Part shown: positions 26,471 to 28,289 of the stretch, one piece after another | How the letters are laid out: each line of letters begins with the position of its first letter | Position numbering within the stretch: position 1 is the stretch's first letter | Assembly (NCBI GenBank): GCA_031372565.1 | Contig: JANMLN010000200.1 | Coordinates: 1-28,289 of the forward strand | Reading direction: 5' to 3' | Source: Gemmatimonadota bacterium | GTDB taxonomy: Bacteria; Gemmatimonadota; Gemmatimonadetes; Gemmatimonadales; Gemmatimonadaceae | DNA: 28,289 nucleotides | Position numbers and translations under genes: made by a program | The notes under the pieces: generated by a model | What the model saw: only the letters and a program-made list of their open reading frames with translations | Databases searched by the model: none | What the model was told of the DNA's origin: nothing

Positions 26471-27064
26471 ATGATCACGATTGAGAAGCTGTATGAGGGG
26501 CGGAACGGGCGGGCGCTCGCGTGGGCACTCTATTCCGTGTGCGCCCTCTTCTTGCTGTCCCCGTTGATGGACGTGCTCGGCGCCGTGCTGCCACCGCATC
26601 CGGGCAACATTCAGTGGCGATTCGGATTGATGGTGAGCGTGGCGCCCACGATCATGACCGGGGTCATTTCGCTGGCGATGTTCGCCGTGCTGGGGGTCCT
26701 GTTCGGCCATCGGGCCGTCCTGCGTACGGTCGGGCTGGTCGGGTTGCTCGCGGCGCTCACCTACCTGGCGATGATGGTGGTGTTCGCCATGGACCTCTTG
26801 CAGCTGCGACGGGCGGTCCCTCCCGATCGCCAGATTGCCTTCTGGATCATGACGCTCAAGTGCATGGCCCAGATTTTCACGGGCTCGTTCGCGCTGGTAT
26901 TGTTGGCGATCGGTTCGGCGCGGGTGACCCGGCAGCGTGGCGGATCGTCCTCGTCGGTTGATGGTGGCGGAACGCGCCGAGGACCGCTGGTGATGGGTGG
27001 AGCGCGTCCGTCGCAGGATAATCCGGCCGTGTCCTCGGGCGCTGGTCTCCAGCACCCGGCGTAG
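26471..27064 (+). CDS. Hypothetical membrane protein, about 4 TM helices
   Basis: 197-aa ORF with four hydrophobic stretches and a Gly/Ser-rich tail, co-oriented and 58 nt after EpsI; no family recognised. Confidence 0.75.
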   Translation: MITIEKLYEGRNGRALAWALYSVCALFLLSPLMDVLGAVLPPHPGNIQWRFGLMVSVAPTIMTGVISLAMFAVLGVLFGHRAVLRTVGLVGLLAALTYLAMMVVFAMDLLQLRRAVPPDRQIAFWIMTLKCMAQIFTGSFALVLLAIGSARVTRQRGGSSSSVDGGGTRRGPLVMGGARPSQDNPAVSSGAGLQHPA

Positions 27065-27103
27065 GTCGAACCACCCGCGAGGCGGGAAGTGCTGCGTCAG
27101 GGT

Positions 27104-27119
27104 GTTGCATTGGTGCAAC
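27104..27119. promoter_or_regulatory. Palindrome, candidate enhancer-binding-protein site
   Basis: GTTGCA-TTGG-TGCAAC perfect inverted repeat, about 110-125 bp upstream of a -24/-12 element. Confidence 0.55.
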
Positions 27120-27163
27120 TACGCCTCGGTTCGATGGAATGTCCCCGCAGCGTAACAGTTGTA

Positions 27164-27176
27164 CAAGTTGTTGATT
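27164..27176 (-). promoter_or_regulatory. IHF binding site
   Basis: Minus strand reads AATCAA-CAAC-TTG, exact match to WATCAA-N4-TTR, inside an unusually AT-rich patch between the palindrome and the promoter. Confidence 0.7.
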
Positions 27177-27226
27177 TTTAAAGACATAGAGTACGGCTGG
27201 TCAGCGAAACCGCCACGGCGGCGGTT

Positions 27227-27242
27227 CGGTACGGTTCCTGCC
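27227..27242 (+). promoter_or_regulatory. Degenerate sigma-54 promoter for the PEP-CTERM gene
   Basis: CGGTAC-GGTTC-CTGCC keeps the GG-N10-GC spacing; 3 mismatches to TGGCAC-N5-TTGC; supported by the upstream IHF site and palindrome. Confidence 0.55.
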
Positions 27243-27323
27243 AAGTAAAGACGTGGGAAGCGCTGTGTGCGACGATCGTTCGCAGTCGACTTGACCCACC
27301 GCTCACCGATTGAGGAGAAACAG

Positions 27324-28208
27324 ATGCGCTCGAAGTCTATCATTCATGTTGGTCTGGCCGCGGTCGCGACCATGCTGACGGTCCAAGCTGCGAATGCGCA
27401 GACTTGGTACTCGGCCGTTGCGCCGGCGAACTACAGTACTGGGTTCTGGAACAACCGCTCGTCGGACAACGCGTCGTCGACCGACGTCTGCAACATCGGC
27501 GCCGTGCTGATGGGCAATGCGTCCAACTCGAACTGCAACGCTGAGGTGCCCGCTGGCCTCCTGCCGTTGTCCTCGGCGCAGCAGCTCACCGGTGGTCCTG
27601 GCGTGCGCGGTGCGTACCTCGCGGCCACGGGCAGCAGCGGCAACTCGACGACCGGCTGGCTGATGAACGCGGGCGAGTACCGGTTTGACCTGTACGGCAA
27701 GATGACCGGCGCCTGCCAGAGCCTGTCGTGCAGCAATCCCCGCTTCGGTTACTTCACGTTCGACAGCTTCGGCGCCCGTGTGCTGACTGAGATCGTGACC
27801 TCGATTCCGGGCAGCGTCACGTTCAACACGAGCAGCGCCTGGGGCTTCTGGATCGGCGCCACGCGGCCGCAGCCGGGCCCGGGGCTTCTCGCGGCGTACT
27901 TCTCCGACAAGATGACCTGCAATGTCTCCCTCACGCTCACCGGCTGCGGCACGGCCTCGGCGTCGCAGCAGCAGTTCGCGCTGTTCACCGGCACCGTCGG
28001 CTCCGCTCCGTCGCTTGCGGGCAACGTGATCCAGGCGCCGCTGCTCAGCCGCTACTGGATTGGCATGGAAGACGTCGCTGGTGGATCGGACTATGACTAC
28101 AACGACGTGGTCGGTTCCTTCACGAGCCTTCCGGAGCCGGCGTCCTTCGCCCTCTTCGGCACGGGCCTCCTCGGTGTCTTTGCGGTCGGCCGTCGTCGCC
28201 GCAAGTAA
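27324..28208 (+). CDS. PEP-CTERM sorting-domain surface protein with DUF4114-like acidic motif
   Basis: SD GAGGAG at 27312-17; signal peptide ending AANA|Q; IGMEDVAGGSDYDYNDVV; C-terminal LPEP + ASFALFGTGLLGVFAVG + RRRRK. Confidence 0.93.
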   Translation: MRSKSIIHVGLAAVATMLTVQAANAQTWYSAVAPANYSTGFWNNRSSDNASSTDVCNIGAVLMGNASNSNCNAEVPAGLLPLSSAQQLTGGPGVRGAYLAATGSSGNSTTGWLMNAGEYRFDLYGKMTGACQSLSCSNPRFGYFTFDSFGARVLTEIVTSIPGSVTFNTSSAWGFWIGATRPQPGPGLLAAYFSDKMTCNVSLTLTGCGTASASQQQFALFTGTVGSAPSLAGNVIQAPLLSRYWIGMEDVAGGSDYDYNDVVGSFTSLPEPASFALFGTGLLGVFAVGRRRRK

Positions 28209-28226
28209 GCGCAGCATCAATCGGTA

Positions 28227-28289
28227 GAGCGTAGCTCGACGTCCGTCTCCCCGGACGTCGTGCGCTCGGCCCCGGTCCTTACGGACCGG
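28227..28289 (+). terminator. Tandem hairpins after the PEP-CTERM gene
   Basis: CGACGTCCG-TCTCCC-CGGACGTCG (28237-60) extended by GAGCGTA/TGCGCTC, then CCGGTCC-TTAC-GGACCGG (28272-89); any U-tract would be beyond the window edge. Confidence 0.55.

Noticed and set aside
27119..27343. 74-aa minus-strand ORF over the AT-rich PEP-CTERM upstream region
   Set aside because: The region is better explained by the palindrome, IHF site and sigma-54 box; no coding hallmarks.

Overview
High-GC bacterial chromosome segment, probably Gemmatimonadota (an inference from RpoB/RpoC indels and gene content, not verified by search). Bases 1-12.6 kb are the core translation/transcription cluster: 3' end of tuf, rpmG, secE, nusG, rplK, rplA, rplJ, rplL, rpoB, rpoC. 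About 11 kb of accessory envelope/signalling genes separate rpoC from rpsL-rpsG: a RidA-family protein, MlaE permease, an ABC-ATPase homologue that has lost nearly all catalytic motifs, a long MCE/MlaD protein, a PlsB-like acyltransferase, and on the minus strand a zinc-ribbon membrane Ser/Thr kinase and a ~1460-aa secreted protein of 13 Ig-like repeats. rpsG is followed not by fusA but by a hairpin and a sigma-54-type promoter upstream of an exosortase, EpsI, a 4-TM protein and a PEP-CTERM protein; the last has its own palindrome/IHF/sigma-54 promoter layout. The best candidate for an undescribed system is the MCE module built around a pseudo-ATPase, next to an acyltransferase, kinase and Ig-repeat protein. 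No tRNA, rRNA, CRISPR or mobile element was seen. All family assignments are from motif recognition by eye.
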